From Spirochaetota bacterium (GTDB taxonomy: Bacteria; Spirochaetota; UBA4802; UBA5550), in NCBI GenBank assembly GCA_963664815.2, contig CAXXHB010000003.1:64001-128000 (forward strand): a stretch of 64,000 bases of DNA. Reading direction: 5' to 3'. The notes under the pieces were generated by a model that worked only from the letters and a program-made list of their open reading frames with translations, did no database searches and was not told the origin of the DNA. Within the stretch, counting starts at the first letter, position 1. Each line of letters starts with the position of its first letter. A program made the position numbers and the translations under genes. Shown piece by piece: positions 61,878 to 64,000 of this stretch.

Positions 61878-63842
61878 ATGGATAGTGAACAGAACAGAAA
61901 ACGCCTTGAGAGGCAGGCAAGATCTCTTATATTGTCAAAAGAAATCTCTATAGAAGACAGAGATAAAATAAACTCATTAATGAGAAACCAGGAGATCTCT
62001 TTTGAGGTGAGATTTACAAATATTATTAATATTCTGAAAAAATCGCCCGATAAGGAAATTGCTGATATAGAGGATGAAGTTCCTGATATTAAAAAGCCTG
62101 TACCTGCAAAAAAAGCTTCACTGTCACCAGCTGTGAAAATACAGACTTCAGCTATTCAGCAGGCAACAAGAAGATACCCCGACATTAATGGACCTACCGA
62201 GACTAAGCTTTATATAAATGATATATACTTAAAATACAGAAGATATAAGCTTTTTAAAAAAAGACATCTTGCAAGGAGAGAAAACAGGTTTGGTATAGGT
62301 TTCAGCAAAAGGCTAATCCCGACAAAAAAATTCCTTGTTCTTATGAATGAGATAAAGGCGTTTCAGGAGAGCATACTTTCCCGTCTGCCGCAGATTCTTG
62401 AACGCATTCTGAAAGATGAATCGATTGAAACGCCGCTTGAATTTAACTATCTCCGGCAGATGAGAAGATGGATGATTATATCACCTTTCACTTCGATACC
62501 TTTAGAAAGACTCAAATGGATGGAGCAATGGGATTTTGAACGTGAACTTAAATCATATGCAGTTCATTTTCATTCTTTTTTACGGGTTGAGAGTGAAACG
62601 AGAGAGCAGGTATTGTCTATGGTGGAAAGGTTTCTTCGAGAAGAACCTGATCTTCTGAAGGAGGAGATATCTGAAAATGATGATCGGGGAGATGCCATCC
62701 GGAAAGAGAATGAAAACTACCGGAAGGAAAAGTACATATTTGAATATCTCGGGGAGATCAGGTCTTTTATGGCAATCCATGGTGAAGCGGACAGTCTCCT
62801 GGCCGCGTTTTTAAAAAAAAAATACGAGATATTTACACTGGAAGATCTGTTGAATATAGCCATTGAAGCACTTGTTTTTCAGAGACCGTTTTCCGGTTCT
62901 GAGCTCAGAGAATATTTTGAAATCAGACCTATGAGTATCAGCAGTGAAATATGGGATATCAGCAGCGCGAGGTTAAAAATTTACGGAAAGGATCCGGAAT
63001 CAAAAAGAAGAAGACAGGTTGAAAAGCTGAAGAAAGATCTTTTATGGTACGAAACAATTTACCGGATAATCAGAGTTGATGAAAACGGGGAGAGTATACT
63101 TGTAAAATCAGTTGATGACCAGTGGAAATATGCAGACCGCATAAACAGGGATGCCGGAGATTCGTACAAGAATAACTTTATTGTTTTTCTTGAAGGGATG
63201 ATCTGTTATTTTAAAAATTTATTTATCCCGGTGCTTAATGGCGATCCGCTTTTTTTTGATCTGTATGGTAATATCGCTGAAGGGGCCATTTTCTCTCACG
63301 AGTTTTTCATTGAAGAGATAGGGGAGATAGAACAGCTCGCTGTAGATGTTTACAATTTCAGAAATCTTAATCCAACATTGAAAATAACAGAGGATGAGCT
63401 GAAAAAGATTGTAGCGGGAAAGATTTCATCAATGGATCATGTTGAGGGCATTGTTTTTAAGGCCGGGAGCTGTTTCTACGCATTTGCGAACAGTCTTCAT
63501 GAAGTTTATCATAATCATATCAGGGCCATGGAAAAGACCGGGAAATCAGAGTTAAAGACTGCTCCACTGAATCCTGAAGATAAAAATTCTGAAGTCTTTA
63601 TTCCATACAGCGTATGTATGTTTAAAGAATTTGAACCTCAGACTCCGCTGTTAAAAAGAATATCCGGGAAAAAAATATTAAGCAGTTCAACTAAAGGTGG
63701 AGTTATAGTTTTTATCATGGCATACTGTTACCAGGCTGCTCTTGTCTGCGGTTACCCCCAGCTGCAGAATGATCTGGGGAAGAGGGATATCATCAGACGA
63801 CAGATAAAGGATCTGCAGGGAGAGGGGAATGCTTCTGAATGA
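61878..63842 (+). CDS. Hypothetical cytoplasmic protein
   Basis: 654-aa ORF; upstream TTGACT-N17-TAAAT promoter-like sequence; no recognised motif. Confidence 0.75.
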   Translation: MDSEQNRKRLERQARSLILSKEISIEDRDKINSLMRNQEISFEVRFTNIINILKKSPDKEIADIEDEVPDIKKPVPAKKASLSPAVKIQTSAIQQATRRYPDINGPTETKLYINDIYLKYRRYKLFKKRHLARRENRFGIGFSKRLIPTKKFLVLMNEIKAFQESILSRLPQILERILKDESIETPLEFNYLRQMRRWMIISPFTSIPLERLKWMEQWDFERELKSYAVHFHSFLRVESETREQVLSMVERFLREEPDLLKEEISENDDRGDAIRKENENYRKEKYIFEYLGEIRSFMAIHGEADSLLAAFLKKKYEIFTLEDLLNIAIEALVFQRPFSGSELREYFEIRPMSISSEIWDISSARLKIYGKDPESKRRRQVEKLKKDLLWYETIYRIIRVDENGESILVKSVDDQWKYADRINRDAGDSYKNNFIVFLEGMICYFKNLFIPVLNGDPLFFDLYGNIAEGAIFSHEFFIEEIGEIEQLAVDVYNFRNLNPTLKITEDELKKIVAGKISSMDHVEGIVFKAGSCFYAFANSLHEVYHNHIRAMEKTGKSELKTAPLNPEDKNSEVFIPYSVCMFKEFEPQTPLLKRISGKKILSSSTKGGVIVFIMAYCYQAALVCGYPQLQNDLGKRDIIRRQIKDLQGEGNASE

Positions 63843-64000
63843 TAACAGGGTAACCCTGCAGGGGGAGAATGGCCTTGTCGAGATAGAAAGAAATGAACAT
63901 GGCGTCCCGGTAATTTCCGCTTATACGTTTAAAGACGCCTCTTTTGCGCTGGGCTGGGTTCATGCCAATGACCGGCAGCTGCAGATGATGCTGACAAGAA
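63829..64000 (+). CDS. Penicillin acylase family (peptidase S45) protein, 5' fragment
   Basis: Manual translation MLLNDNRVTLQGENGLVEIERNEHGVPVISAYTFKDASFALGWVHANDRQLQM matches the VxIxRDxxGVPHI...GYxHAxDRLxQM N-terminus; GGAGAGG RBS; runs off the right edge. Confidence 0.88.
   Translation, partial: MLLNDNRVTLQGENGLVEIERNEHGVPVISAYTFKDASFALGWVHANDRQLQMMLTR

Overview
AT-rich bacterial chromosomal window, most consistent with a Spirochaetota (Leptospirae-related, probably anaerobic) genome. This is inferred from LipL71-like and Lsa36-like envelope proteins and a clostridial-type 2[4Fe-4S] ferredoxin. From left to right it holds: the 5' part of ileS (runs off the left edge); an aldo/keto reductase; an unannotated 43-aa Lys-rich protein; an MCP; a five-gene soluble two-component cluster; a 7TM-DISM/AraC regulator; a candidate 200-bp MITE; a CsgG-like lipoprotein; a repeat-flanked basic ORF; and a flippase-like plus GT39 pair. 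Next is a complete 2-aminoethylphosphonate (AEP) biosynthesis and CMP-activation operon (aepX-aepY-pntC/phnW fusion). It is divergently paired with a three-gene unit: a YidC paralog lacking the conserved Arg, a TagF-like CDP-glycerol-type phosphotransferase, and an LtaS/EptA-like membrane transferase. The rest is envelope genes, clpB, a ferredoxin with a long upstream hairpin, an ABC exporter/tautomerase/atypical kinase operon, clpS-clpA-aat, large hypothetical genes and the start of a penicillin-acylase-family gene. The best candidate for an undescribed system is the phosphonate locus (about 17.2-28.4 kb), which reads as a pathway to make, activate, transfer, flip and display AEP on the cell surface. 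No rRNA, tRNA, CRISPR array or transposase was recognised. All family calls come from reading motifs by eye; no database searches were run.
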